From a virus (lineage: Duplodnaviria; Caudoviricetes): 59,657 nt of DNA. Below are positions 38,621 through 47,980 of this stretch, piece by piece. Under the pieces are notes generated by a model. It had not been told where the DNA came from and ran no database searches. It saw nothing but the letters and a program-made list of their open reading frames with translations. The stretch lies in IMG/VR virus record IMGVR_UViG_3300031787_000135, positions 1-59,657 of that record; one strand, written 5' to 3'. Position numbers and translations under genes: made by a program. Numbering within the stretch: position 1 is the first letter of the stretch; the number at the start of each line of letters is the position of its first letter.

Positions 38621-38805
38621 TGACCGACCAAGAAATCCTAAACCGGATTGATGCGGAAATCGCTGAAATGGAAGCTGCTAGTCGCAGCATCAAACTAGGG
38701 AGCAAAGGAGCAGCAACAACGGTATTGTGCCATACGGCGTACTCAAGCGGCCTTCGCTTTGCCAGGGCATTAATTGCGAAGCGAACGGAAGAGGTGGCAT
38801 TTTGA
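38617..38805 (+). CDS. hypothetical protein
   Basis: GGAGG RBS, ATGA overlap. Confidence 0.55.
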   Translation: MMTDQEILNRIDAEIAEMEAASRSIKLGSKGAATTVLCHTAYSSGLRFARALIAKRTEEVAF

Positions 38806-39080
38806 GCGCCGGTTACTGGATCTGCAAGCGCAACCCTGGCGATTCGATCGAGATGGAACACCTCGGCTACGTCAACACGGTAAAGTTGGTGCGAGTGATC
38901 GACGGCAAGCATGCGTGGCTTGCTATCAACGGCGAAACACACGGACCGCTGGCTGCTGGTGCTGAGATCATCATGGGTGGGAATACAGCGATCCTGTTGG
39001 CGATCGTGCGGTTTAAGGGACAGGAAGTTACGATAGGCGTCAATGCTTCAAAGGAAGTGAAACTGAGAGCGATACAATGA
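38802..39080 (+). CDS. CsrA/RsmA-like RNA-binding protein with an internal insertion
   Basis: KRNPGDSIEM and KGQEVTIGVNASKEV resemble CsrA TRRVGETLMI and KGNQVRIGVNAPKEV. Confidence 0.55.
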   Translation: MSAGYWICKRNPGDSIEMEHLGYVNTVKLVRVIDGKHAWLAINGETHGPLAAGAEIIMGGNTAILLAIVRFKGQEVTIGVNASKEVKLRAIQ

Positions 39081-39409
39081 GCGAAAAAAATTATCTGTTA
39101 CCAGCGATTGAAGGCGGACCCGCTCCTTGCTTGTGTTGTAGTGACACCAAGTCGCAAATCTGCGCAGAGCGTCGAATCGCCGTTGGCTTCGGTTTGGCGG
39201 AATTGACTAAGGACGGCGAGACGATTTGGATGGAAGACCAGCACGATTGGGAAGAGTGCATGACAGTTGCGCAAGCCGAGGAGCTCGCGAAAGCGGATCC
39301 CGACCACGACTGGCGGATTGTGCTGCATAGTGCTCTACGCGGCATGACGTATCAGCGACACGGCGACATGCAATGGATGCTGGTCGAGAAAAACGAAGGA
39401 TTTGCGTAA
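39077..39409 (+). CDS. hypothetical protein
   Basis: ATGA overlap. Confidence 0.6.
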   Translation: MSEKNYLLPAIEGGPAPCLCCSDTKSQICAERRIAVGFGLAELTKDGETIWMEDQHDWEECMTVAQAEELAKADPDHDWRIVLHSALRGMTYQRHGDMQWMLVEKNEGFA

Positions 39410-39419
39410 GGACAGCCAA

Positions 39420-40286
39420 ATGAGCGAATGGAAGCGAGCATCACGGCGCGAGCCATGTCCGGTGTGCGGCAAGCCTGACTACTGCACCAGGACCGTAGAC
39501 GGCTCTGCTGTGCGGTGTATGCGAGTCGATTCGGACAAGCCGAGTGCGGCGAAAGACGGGACCATGGGATGGATCCATGTGCTGTCCAACCCGTTGCCGC
39601 CAGTCTCACCGACGAAGACCGTCCCGAAGAAGCCTGACTGGACAAGGGAGTGCCGAGCGATGTTCGACCATGAGAAGGCACACGACAAGCGTTGCGCCAT
39701 TGCTGACACGTTGGCAGTCTCCGTCGAATCGCTTGAATTGATGCGAGTTGGCATTGGATGGGACGAATGGAACGGCGCAGAGTTTTCGAGTTGGCCGAGT
39801 CGCGACCACAACGGACGTTGTATCGGATATGTTCGCAGGTATGTCGATGGAGCCAAGCGTACCAACGAGGGAGGTTCCACCGGCGTATTCTACACCTCGG
39901 AGTGGTTCAGCCGTCCTGGTCCGCTTTGGGTCGTTGAGGGGGGATCGGACGTTGCGGCTTGCGAGTCGGCAGGACTTTGCGCAATTGGTCGAGCATCGAA
40001 CACCCACGGTGGCGAGTACGTTCGAAGGATGGTCAAGCAATGCTGTCCAGACAAGCGAGTGATCGTAGTTGGTGAGCGTGACGAAGTGCCTGAGAAACGA
40101 GGACGCGTGCCGAGCTGTACGCTGAACTGCCGAGGGTGCGCGTTCTGCTGGCCTGGACTGTTCGGCGCGAAGAAGGTGGCTGCGGAACTCAACACCCGAT
40201 GGGTGATGGTCCCGAAGCCGCACAAGGATATGAGGGAGTTGCTAACCGCAGGTGGTCTGTGGTTGGATTTGGTTGAACTGTTTTAA
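39420..40286 (+). CDS. DNA primase (Zn ribbon + TOPRIM)
   Basis: CPVCGKPDYC..C; VVEGGSD; KDMRE. Confidence 0.8.
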   Translation: MSEWKRASRREPCPVCGKPDYCTRTVDGSAVRCMRVDSDKPSAAKDGTMGWIHVLSNPLPPVSPTKTVPKKPDWTRECRAMFDHEKAHDKRCAIADTLAVSVESLELMRVGIGWDEWNGAEFSSWPSRDHNGRCIGYVRRYVDGAKRTNEGGSTGVFYTSEWFSRPGPLWVVEGGSDVAACESAGLCAIGRASNTHGGEYVRRMVKQCCPDKRVIVVGERDEVPEKRGRVPSCTLNCRGCAFCWPGLFGAKKVAAELNTRWVMVPKPHKDMRELLTAGGLWLDLVELF

Positions 40287-40300
40287 TTGGAGATTTGACG

Positions 40301-40708
40301 ATGGATACAACAAATGAGTGCGAAGCATGGCAGCAAGCTTTCGAGCAAGCTTCAAAAGAGAGAGGGATTGCTGCCGCAAAAGACTTGCGGGATCGAATTG
40401 CAATTGGCGCAATGCAAAGCTTGATTAAAGCATATATTGTGTTTGATGGCTCTGGGTGCAAAAAGCAAGAATCAAAAGAGCGCAATTTCTCTAGTTTGGC
40501 AGCAGACGCAATGGCGATGGGATGGGGTTCAGATAGCGACTTGGAAAGCTTGTCAATTGCAGGTCGCTTAGCATGGGACGCTTACGCCATTGCCGATGCT
40601 ATGCTGATAGAGCGAGACAAGGACAGGGATGAAGAAAGTATCAGTATCAAGCAGGAAACAGGGGGAGATGGTGATGCGAAAGCAACCGAAGAAACAGCGG
40701 GTTCCTAG
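40301..40708 (+). CDS. conserved phage protein
   Basis: LRDRIAIGAMQ..AYAIADAMLIER. Confidence 0.65.
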   Translation: MDTTNECEAWQQAFEQASKERGIAAAKDLRDRIAIGAMQSLIKAYIVFDGSGCKKQESKERNFSSLAADAMAMGWGSDSDLESLSIAGRLAWDAYAIADAMLIERDKDRDEESISIKQETGGDGDAKATEETAGS

Positions 40709-41063
40709 AACCCGAGCCGACAACACCATGACCGAGGCTGGGTTTTGGGCGTTCATCCGATCGAACCTGCGGCTGATGTCTCGCAAGTGGCGTCCGTTAC
40801 AACGTGCGATGGAAGCCTCGCGGCGTCCGAGTCAGAGCGACAACAAGCGACTGAAATACGAGCACCAATGCAGCCAATGCTTGCAGTGGTTCCCGCAGAA
40901 GCAAGTTGAAGTCGACCATGTGGTTCCAGTAGGGAGGTTGCTAGCGTACAGTGATCTCCCAGGATTTGTAGAGCGTCTGCTATGTGAAGCAGACGGATTT
41001 GTGGTGCTGTGCGAGCATTGCCACAATGTAAAAACTCACGGCTCGCAAAAGGAAGTGACTTAG
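40674..41063 (+). CDS. HNH endonuclease
   Basis: CSQC..EVDHVVP..LCEHCHNVKT. Confidence 0.8.
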   Translation: MRKQPKKQRVPRTRADNTMTEAGFWAFIRSNLRLMSRKWRPLQRAMEASRRPSQSDNKRLKYEHQCSQCLQWFPQKQVEVDHVVPVGRLLAYSDLPGFVERLLCEADGFVVLCEHCHNVKTHGSQKEVT

Positions 41064-41064
41064 T

Positions 41065-41319
41065 ATGCCTTACGAACAACGCGACAACAGCGGAACTCTT
41101 TTCGTCAACGACAGGAAAACCGATAAAAATTCGAAACTTCCAGATCGTAAAGGGGATGCGATAATCAACGGTCAGAAGATGTGGATATCGGGCTGGCTCA
41201 AGGACGGAAAGAACGGCACGCAGTTTCTCAGCTTGTCTTTTACTCCGAAAGAAGAAGGCGGCAGCAATGCTCAATCTAGCAAGCCAGACTCTCCATCGAC
41301 TGGCGGAGCACCTTTCTAG
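41065..41319 (+). CDS. small SSB-like protein
   Basis: SGTLFVN..PDRKG..ISGW..FLSLS; PF C-terminus. Confidence 0.6.
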   Translation: MPYEQRDNSGTLFVNDRKTDKNSKLPDRKGDAIINGQKMWISGWLKDGKNGTQFLSLSFTPKEEGGSNAQSSKPDSPSTGGAPF

Positions 41320-41321
41320 CC

Positions 41322-41891
41322 ATGAAGCGAATGAGCGACAAGACACGAGCACGATTCATGGCGGCTAAGCCTGTTCGGGACAGCCTCCGTGAATCGGTTG
41401 GGTGCTGCGAGGTGTGCGATCGTCAATATTTTACCGGCTCAGTGATCCCCCTGGATGTCCACGAGATATCCAGGGGGGTGCATCGGCAAAAGTCGCTCGA
41501 TAAGCTTTTCGCGTTGCTCGTCGTCTGCCGCTGGTGCCATGACTCGCTTGGAGATGCGGGACAGTGGCCGGAAGCAAGACAGCTTGCATTGCTTGCCGAG
41601 CGTCGGTTGCACGACTGGGATCTCGTTGCCTACTTGGAGTTGACTTCACCGAGAGCACCTCGGAGAATCGAGATAGAGGAGGTTGTTGCATTTATGAAAA
41701 ACGACATGCTTAAAGTCGATGAAGTGGCGGACAAGATGCGGGTGAACCGTCGCACAGTTCAGACCTGGATCGACAGCGGAGAATTGGCTGCGGTGGACGT
41801 TCGACCCAACAAGGCGCAACGTGCGATGTGGCGAGTGCAACCGATCGACCTGCTACGGTTTGCGCAGGCTCGAAAGTCTTCGGAGCAATAG
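41322..41891 (+). CDS. HNH-like Zn domain fused to an excisionase-type HTH
   Basis: CEVC..DVHEI..VCRWCH; LKVDEVADKMRVNRRTVQTWIDSGEL. Confidence 0.65.
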   Translation: MKRMSDKTRARFMAAKPVRDSLRESVGCCEVCDRQYFTGSVIPLDVHEISRGVHRQKSLDKLFALLVVCRWCHDSLGDAGQWPEARQLALLAERRLHDWDLVAYLELTSPRAPRRIEIEEVVAFMKNDMLKVDEVADKMRVNRRTVQTWIDSGELAAVDVRPNKAQRAMWRVQPIDLLRFAQARKSSEQ

Positions 41892-41953
41892 ACCAACGAA
41901 AAAACGCTGGCACCCCATGAGCGAGTGTCAGCGTTGCGTGGTTGGTGAGCGAT

Positions 41954-42433
41954 CTATACCGATGCAGTCACCGGCTGTCGGTACACAAAAAAGTATGCGT
42001 CCTCATGTGGGCGGTAGTGATCCTTGACTACCTCTGTCGCTCGAAACCCGTACTCCCTTAAAAACACTTGAGCATCCAAGTTGATCTCGCTTGCCAAGGT
42101 AGTGATCTTTCCTCTGCGCTGGTACAGCTTGGAAACCAGTTTGGCAAGCATAGCCGCGCCGACACCTTGTCGCCGGAAGTCGGGATGCACTGCGATTGAC
42201 AGCAAGTGGATGCTGTCTCGGTGAAGCTCATAGATCATGTAGCCGATCACCATATCCTGATGTTCAGCAACCATGCCAATGACATTGCGCAGTCGAAGCG
42301 ACCGAACAAACTCGTCCTCGGTCCAAGGCACCCGAAATGAAGCGTCCTCGATTCTAAGCACTGCTGGCAAATCCCTGCGGATCAACCAGCGTATGTGCGG
42401 AAAACCTTGGGTGTGATTGCGTGTTATGCTCAT
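41954..42433 (-). CDS. rimI: RimI-like ribosomal-protein N-acetyltransferase (GNAT)
   Basis: HIRWLIRRDLPAVLRIE..PW..GYMIYE..IAVHPDFRRQGVG..N..A..GF..EDAY. Confidence 0.85.
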   Translation of the reverse strand: MSITRNHTQGFPHIRWLIRRDLPAVLRIEDASFRVPWTEDEFVRSLRLRNVIGMVAEHQDMVIGYMIYELHRDSIHLLSIAVHPDFRRQGVGAAMLAKLVSKLYQRRGKITTLASEINLDAQVFLREYGFRATEVVKDHYRPHEDAYFFVYRQPVTASV

Positions 42434-42636
42434 TCGTGCATCTCCAGTCCAATGATCTCGCCGTCCCCTCCGTCAAACACCAGTGCGGCGTATGACGAGT
42501 CGGGGTAGTCCTCTTTGAGCCGCTGCTGTGCGAACGCACAAAACGCTTCCCACACTTCGTCTGCCGAATTACCCTTGTCGCGAATGATCGCCTCGACGAA
42601 CCACTCTCGCGGCGTTGGTTTAGTTCCCTGAGTCAT
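42430..42636 (-). CDS. hypothetical protein
   Basis: Overlapping start/stop packing. Confidence 0.55.
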   Translation of the reverse strand: MTQGTKPTPREWFVEAIIRDKGNSADEVWEAFCAFAQQRLKEDYPDSSYAALVFDGGDGEIIGLEMHE

Positions 42637-43382
42637 TGCTTCACCTCAAAGCCTTTCTCCGTGATCGTGATAGTCTGGCCGTTGGGGGTGCTGATCGTAT
42701 CGGTGACTCTGAGCTTGTAGTGCCTTTGCTCGACGCCCGGCTCTACGCACTTGATACGATCGCCGCTCGGCGTCTCGACCGTATCGCCGACCCGCAAAAC
42801 GTAATGCTTCGGCTCAGGCTTCGGTTGCTCGATCTTGCGCATAAACGCCTCGGTAAGCATAACATTATTGCCCCAGTACTCGTGACCAACTTCGAGCAAA
42901 GACCCTTTTTCGTAGTACAGATCCCCGGACTCAAGCCTATCTCCGTTGGCTAGCCAACGATGACCGCTCAGCAGTTGCTCGATGCGCCGGCGATACCACA
43001 CGGTCGGATCTTGCTTTCCGTTTTCTTTGGTGATCGGAACCCACATCTGCCCATCGCTGTTCCATGTCTCATCCGTCGCAAGCTTTGGCTCATCGGGAAA
43101 CTTATCCAGCAGCCTCCACCCCGGCCCTGGATCGGGCTTGTTGGCGTACCAGGAGGGCTCGCGGTAGACTTGGCATTTGAGCCACTGGTATCCGCATTGA
43201 TCCCAAAACTTCTCGTCCCCTCCATATCGATACCACCCGCGCAAAACCCTTTGCTCCCATTCGTGCCTTTCTGAGTTGCGAAACCTAGCCTCCACCGTTT
43301 CGCCCTTCATCACCCGCGCAACATCGTCAGCCGTTGCGTTTTTCCAAAATGCTTCGATGTGTTTAGTTGTCATCCCATTCAT
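42633..43382 (-). CDS. modular hypothetical protein, 249 aa
   Basis: Shares modules with 57694..58512; C-terminal duplicated HYxLRVxDTxxTPxG. Confidence 0.65.
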   Translation of the reverse strand: MNGMTTKHIEAFWKNATADDVARVMKGETVEARFRNSERHEWEQRVLRGWYRYGGDEKFWDQCGYQWLKCQVYREPSWYANKPDPGPGWRLLDKFPDEPKLATDETWNSDGQMWVPITKENGKQDPTVWYRRRIEQLLSGHRWLANGDRLESGDLYYEKGSLLEVGHEYWGNNVMLTEAFMRKIEQPKPEPKHYVLRVGDTVETPSGDRIKCVEPGVEQRHYKLRVTDTISTPNGQTITITEKGFEVKQ

Positions 43383-43500
43383 CCTTTCCAGCTATCGCCG
43401 GGAAAATAACATCCTGCAAAAGTACCGCCAAACCATAGGAGCCTGCAACGTACAAGACTCCCAAAGCAATCCAGTCGACAATATCCACGATTGCCTCCAA

Positions 43501-44028
43501 TCAACAGTAATAGGGTTTGCGTGCAGGCGAGTGTTCCGCCGGCCACGCTTCAAGCCAAACAACGTAATGACCCTCGGACGCCACGCTATGCGGGTTGCGA
43601 CGGGTCTTGTTCTCTTCGTCGCACCACAACTGCAACGCTTCGTAAGCCGCCTTGGCAGCGTCAACCGACTCGCACAGTCCATGCTTTGGCGGCTCGGTGT
43701 CCCAATCGCCATCGGCAGGTGTGTAGGTATCGTACCACCATCCACCCTCCTCGGAGCCGCCGTAGGCGCGGTCGTGCAGGTAGAGGTTGGCATAGAGCAG
43801 CGGGGTCGTGTCGACCAACTCCCAGTCGCCTCCTGAGTCCTCCCCTTCGGGATTGAGCGTTTCGATCCTGCCATCTTGCCATCGGATCGTCACCGAATTG
43901 ATGCGGTCGTGATTGTCGCATTCCTCGCTGTCGATTCCGATGACAATACCGGATGGTGATCCTGGCACAGCCGAGTGTTCGTAATTCTCGTTGCGCCGTC
44001 CGATCTGCACTGTACTACCGATTCTCAT
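43501..44028 (-). CDS. hypothetical protein
   Basis: AAGGAG RBS; DRAYGGSEEGGWWYD. Confidence 0.7.
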   Translation of the reverse strand: MRIGSTVQIGRRNENYEHSAVPGSPSGIVIGIDSEECDNHDRINSVTIRWQDGRIETLNPEGEDSGGDWELVDTTPLLYANLYLHDRAYGGSEEGGWWYDTYTPADGDWDTEPPKHGLCESVDAAKAAYEALQLWCDEENKTRRNPHSVASEGHYVVWLEAWPAEHSPARKPYYC

Positions 44029-44162
44029 GGTCCAATCTCCTTGATTCTTCGATCTCAAAACTGATCGCTGGTTTCCCGTCGATCTTGGTGAATGTAACTC
44101 GTGTTCGATAGCCTGCGCAACCGCTGCACAGGCACAAAACTAGCAAAATCCATCTTGCCATA

Positions 44163-44369
44163 TCAATAGTCTCCTGGTCCTAGTTCGAGGTGCCGCATCA
44201 TGCCTTCGGTCCATTGCCGCCGATTCCCTGGCAGGTTGCGTGACTCTGGGGTTCGCAACTTGGCACGCCGACATTCCTTGCATTGCGTGTCCAAGCCGTC
44301 CTTGGTTCGCGTGTAGCGTCCAAACTCGGCGAGCGGCTTTTCCTGCTTACACTTCGTGCATGTTTTCAT
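44163..44369 (-). CDS. Zn-finger protein (N-terminal domain type of HNH/endonuclease VII)
   Basis: MKTCTKCKQEKPLAEF..DGLDTQCKEC; GGAG RBS. Confidence 0.6.
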   Translation of the reverse strand: MKTCTKCKQEKPLAEFGRYTRTKDGLDTQCKECRRAKLRTPESRNLPGNRRQWTEGMMRHLELGPGDY

Positions 44370-44596
44370 TGGTCGAGCGTCTCCGCTATGTGCTGATTTT
44401 CGCTGGTTGGTGGTTCGATCACTGCGCCGGATCGATTTTTCTTGCATGACTTGCATACCATCGCTGGAATTACCCTCGCGTGATAGAAAACGTCATCGTA
44501 GCCTGATTCAAGCCTATGCGTGTCGCTGCAATGCTCGCATTCCATAATCGCTACAAAATCGCTACGGTGTTGAGATACGATCTTCTGAATAAACAT
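44366..44596 (-). CDS. Zn-ribbon hypothetical protein
   Basis: CEHC..GYDD..CKSC; GGAG RBS. Confidence 0.65.
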   Translation of the reverse strand: MFIQKIVSQHRSDFVAIMECEHCSDTHRLESGYDDVFYHARVIPAMVCKSCKKNRSGAVIEPPTSENQHIAETLDQ

Positions 44597-44600
44597 TTGC

Positions 44601-45041
44601 TTACGACTCCCCGTTGACAACAGATACAACCGCTTCGTGTAAACCCGCTTCTTTGTCCTTTAGCGGCAGGATGCACTCCGGCCAAACGTGGCTGCTGCGG
44701 TCCGCTTTCGCCTGCTGGTACAATTCTCTGATGAGCCATTGATGCTGCTCGCCATAGACTTCGGCAACAATGCTGTCCAGTCGCTTTTTTGTGAATCGTG
44801 GTGATGGCTCAATGCACAGCGACGGATCTCCCCTGCCGTCGATGACCTGCGATATCTCGCCATCGTCGGCGATCCGGTCGAACCGTACCGAAATCTGATA
44901 CCCTCGGGGATAGGTCTTGCCATTGATTTGGCTGGTCCCTCCCCGCGTGTAGTCTACAACGAGGTGCAGCCGTGGCGTAAGCCTTGTGCCGCGTTCGAAA
45001 AACGGGGGAGCCGTGACGGTCTTAATCGTTACGGATGTCAT
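44601..45041 (-). CDS. hypothetical protein
   Basis: AAGGAGATT RBS. Confidence 0.65.
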   Translation of the reverse strand: MTSVTIKTVTAPPFFERGTRLTPRLHLVVDYTRGGTSQINGKTYPRGYQISVRFDRIADDGEISQVIDGRGDPSLCIEPSPRFTKKRLDSIVAEVYGEQHQWLIRELYQQAKADRSSHVWPECILPLKDKEAGLHEAVVSVVNGES

Positions 45042-45149
45042 GGTGTGTGCAATCTCCTTTGCAATGGTGCTATCCTGCCTCTGGAACTCAGGGGCGCGGA
45101 CAGTCGGGGATTGGGCGCATCCCCTCGTGTTCGCGTCTCTATCGCGGTG

Positions 45150-45575
45150 CTAGGCGGGTTGCGGTGCGGGACTCTCGACAATCTCGAAGTCCGGGAAGTC
45201 GGGGATCTCCATTTTGGCGATGAACTCGGCAATGGTCATATCGGAGTGCTCTTGCAGTTCAGCCAGCCTAACGGCAATGTCTCCATCACCAGCGGCGAAA
45301 AACTGCTTGTATTCGCCGTCCACCCAGTATTCCACGTTTGCCTCTTGTTCCCATTTTGCATCCCAATGCAAGGACAAGGCGATACCGTTGGATGTGCAAT
45401 ACTCGACGATGCCTTGGAAATCGCTGCTCGTGCATTCGGAGAACGCTGCCGAACCGTCCTCGTTCAGCTCGTCGCCGTGTTCTAAGCAATCCTCTAGCAG
45501 TTCTGCGCACTTCCTAAACTGCTCTTGAGTTAGTTTCCCACCCAAATAAACCGTGCCGTGAAATCGATCTGCCAT
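45150..45575 (-). CDS. acidic hypothetical protein
   Basis: AGGAG RBS. Confidence 0.7.
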   Translation of the reverse strand: MADRFHGTVYLGGKLTQEQFRKCAELLEDCLEHGDELNEDGSAAFSECTSSDFQGIVEYCTSNGIALSLHWDAKWEQEANVEYWVDGEYKQFFAAGDGDIAVRLAELQEHSDMTIAEFIAKMEIPDFPDFEIVESPAPQPA

Positions 45576-45664
45576 CGTTCTGTTCTCCTGTGTAATTGTG
45601 TTCCTGCGACGTTGCAGGCCGTTGGGGGTTCAGGTGAGCCCCCTCAGGCGCGAAACGCCTCGTG

Positions 45665-46153
45665 TTAGCCAAGCGACCTAGAAAGCGTTCCGTTGTCGTG
45701 ATTCAACACCCACACATTAACTCGGTTTTCGTTTCGTACTTTGCGTGTCTTGATGCGATTGTCAGCGGCGGCTTGTCGCCAAAACTTTCGTTCTTCTTGC
45801 GTTGCCTCTCTCGCTTCGCGTTGCGCAGTGTGGTGAATCATTTGCAAAGTCCAGTAGCGACTATCGCTATCCATTTTCTCCAGTACCGAGACAGCAAAAG
45901 AGCTTGCTAGTTGCAAACGATGCACTCCAGCATGACTGTTAGTTAGCAGGTAGTACATACCGCAACTCTTGACTACTCGCAGGTGCAGGCAATGCGAGTC
46001 GATTCCATGTCCGCATCGCCCAGGCTCGTCGATGATAATCTCGTCAAGTTCTCGCGGTGCAGGAGCGTGGACCGGAAATACTCCTATTTCGTTTTGTGAA
46101 TTCCATTGGTAGCCGTATTGTCCGTTGATGGTAGGTTGTTTGCACATGCACAT
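45665..46153 (-). CDS. hypothetical protein
   Basis: AAGGAGATT RBS. Confidence 0.7.
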   Translation of the reverse strand: MCMCKQPTINGQYGYQWNSQNEIGVFPVHAPAPRELDEIIIDEPGRCGHGIDSHCLHLRVVKSCGMYYLLTNSHAGVHRLQLASSFAVSVLEKMDSDSRYWTLQMIHHTAQREAREATQEERKFWRQAAADNRIKTRKVRNENRVNVWVLNHDNGTLSRSLG

Positions 46154-46191
46154 CGTGAAAATCTCCTTTGGTATTGGTTACTGTAGTGGTG

Positions 46192-46524
46192 TCAGTTGGT
46201 TGGTGATGCGGATTCGCCGTTGCTGATGTGCGCATCGCATCCGCTGTCGTCGGTGCATTGACCCCCGCAGTATTCGCAGGCGTCGTCGTCCAGGTCGAAA
46301 CCGTCGTCTACGACTTCCACTATCCCGTCATTGTCGCCTGCGATTGAAACGACTCGATAGTTCTCGCATCCGGCCTCAGGCGAAGCATCCCATGTATCGA
46401 TCAGCGTATCCTCCTTGTACATTTGCTTTGCGATTTCCGCAGCGTGCTCCGGTGAGTCCGCATCGATTTCGACGTTGCCGTAGCATGGGCAGTCGAATGC
46501 GTAGGTGATCGTGTACTTTGCCAT
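46192..46524 (-). CDS. acidic hypothetical protein
   Basis: GGAGATT RBS; VEIDADSPEHAAEIA. Confidence 0.7.
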   Translation of the reverse strand: MAKYTITYAFDCPCYGNVEIDADSPEHAAEIAKQMYKEDTLIDTWDASPEAGCENYRVVSIAGDNDGIVEVVDDGFDLDDDACEYCGGQCTDDSGCDAHISNGESASPTN

Positions 46525-46614
46525 AATTCAAATCTCCCTGTGTTGTTGTGAACCCTGCGACGTTGCAGGCGATTGTCCACCGGGGCGTTCGATGGACTCA
46601 CGCGCGAAACGTGG

Positions 46615-46863
46615 CTAGCTTGCTGCCAAACACATTGCCGACTGCGGGAAACATGCCGTAAACGTGCCTGTTCTGTACGTCATGCCAGAATTTGGGAATG
46701 CGGTTGACCTATACCACCCTCGACCACGATATTCAAAAACGTGAGGACTGTTCGGAAAGCAAAATAAATCGCCTTTTTTCAGGTCGCATACGAGATGATT
46801 CGCCTTATAGAGCATTATCGCTCCCCGTCGTGCTCCGATCTCTCTTTGCATTTGTTGGTTCAT
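46615..46863 (-). CDS. hypothetical protein
   Basis: AAGGAGATT RBS. Confidence 0.6.
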   Translation of the reverse strand: MNQQMQREIGARRGAIMLYKANHLVCDLKKGDLFCFPNSPHVFEYRGRGWYRSTAFPNSGMTYRTGTFTACFPQSAMCLAAS

Positions 46864-46891
46864 CGTAAAAATCTCCTTGTAGTTGGTTGTC

Positions 46892-47215
46892 CTAGTTCGC
46901 CTTGACCCATGCGGCAACGTTGCCGTAATACTCGGGATTGGCTAACACTTGCGATCTTGCTTGTTGCTGCTGTTTCTCGGTGAAGAATTGCGGAAACGCC
47001 ACAACGACAACCGCAGCATCGCAATCTTCTTCGTAGTTGGACCCTCCCGCGAACGTTCCGAACTTAAATTTTGCCTGTAGCTCCTTGTGCCTTGCAGCAC
47101 TCAGCACAATTCCTCCGTGTCCTGCCGTCGAATGCAGCACGATACCCGGCGCAAACTCGTGACTGTGTTGGGATACTCCCCAGGTGGTGTGAACGATTTT
47201 CAGTGTTCGTAGCAT
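46892..47215 (-). CDS. conserved mobile-element protein (DUF7007-like)
   Basis: TTWG..APGI..STAGHGG..YEEDCD. Confidence 0.6.
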   Translation of the reverse strand: MLRTLKIVHTTWGVSQHSHEFAPGIVLHSTAGHGGIVLSAARHKELQAKFKFGTFAGGSNYEEDCDAAVVVVAFPQFFTEKQQQQARSQVLANPEYYGNVAAWVKAN

Positions 47216-47278
47216 GTTAGAAATCTCCAAGTAATGAAAAGCGGAGCCTACCCGCGAAAAGGCTTGTTCGGTCGTGTA

Positions 47279-47500
47279 CTATGCGTCTTCGAACTGGAAA
47301 CGCATCTGAGTATTTTTCTCGTGCAAGTATTGCTGGTACGCGATACGGTCACGATCAGAAAAGCTCGCGTCGTCTGCATCGCAGAGATGCCGCAAGTCGG
47401 CGAGCGCCTCCGATATGATCGTATCAAGAGATTCGTCGTCTCCGTACAGGTCTCGCAATGCGTTGCGTAGCTTCTTGGTCTTGCGTTCTAAGTTGGTCAT
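47279..47500 (-). CDS. hypothetical protein
   Basis: GGAG RBS; LADLRHLCD. Confidence 0.65.
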   Translation of the reverse strand: MTNLERKTKKLRNALRDLYGDDESLDTIISEALADLRHLCDADDASFSDRDRIAYQQYLHEKNTQMRFQFEDA

Positions 47501-47518
47501 GTTTTTTCTCCGTTGGTT

Positions 47519-47896
47519 TTATTGATAGTTGCCACGTTCGATCATGTCTCCGACGCAAGCGATACGGTATCGATCGTTGGTGCGCACAAGGGTAAGGTCG
47601 TAGAGGTCGCCAGTGTTTAGATAATCGATTGCAGGTGACCGTTTGTTTTGCCCTGCGCTAACGTGCTCTACGCCAAAGGTGCCGATGTCGGGGAACCAAG
47701 ACTGGACCAGTTCCATCGTGTCTCGAACCAGAAACGATCGGTGGCATCGACCGTAGAGCGGGTCGCTGGCTAGCAATTCAGCCTCCGCCGTCTTGAGTTT
47801 CGACTTTGCCCGCTTTAGGTAATCCATGCGAGACTCGCCTACTCGCATCAGGTGCTTTCGCTTCGACCGCAACTCGGTACTGACTTGAAATGCCAT
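47519..47896 (-). CDS. hypothetical protein
   Basis: GGAG RBS; GTFGVE..YLNTGDLYDLT. Confidence 0.7.
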   Translation of the reverse strand: MAFQVSTELRSKRKHLMRVGESRMDYLKRAKSKLKTAEAELLASDPLYGRCHRSFLVRDTMELVQSWFPDIGTFGVEHVSAGQNKRSPAIDYLNTGDLYDLTLVRTNDRYRIACVGDMIERGNYQ

Positions 47897-47980
47897 GGTA
47901 TCGTCTCCAGAAAAAGGTGATTGTCCTGCGACAGTGCAGGCAGTCGGGGACTCGGGCGGTCCCCTCGTGCGCGTACTGGA

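Noticed and set aside
45640-46615. Hammerhead ribozyme suggested by GCGAAAC
   Set aside because: No CUGANGA core in the required position on the same strand
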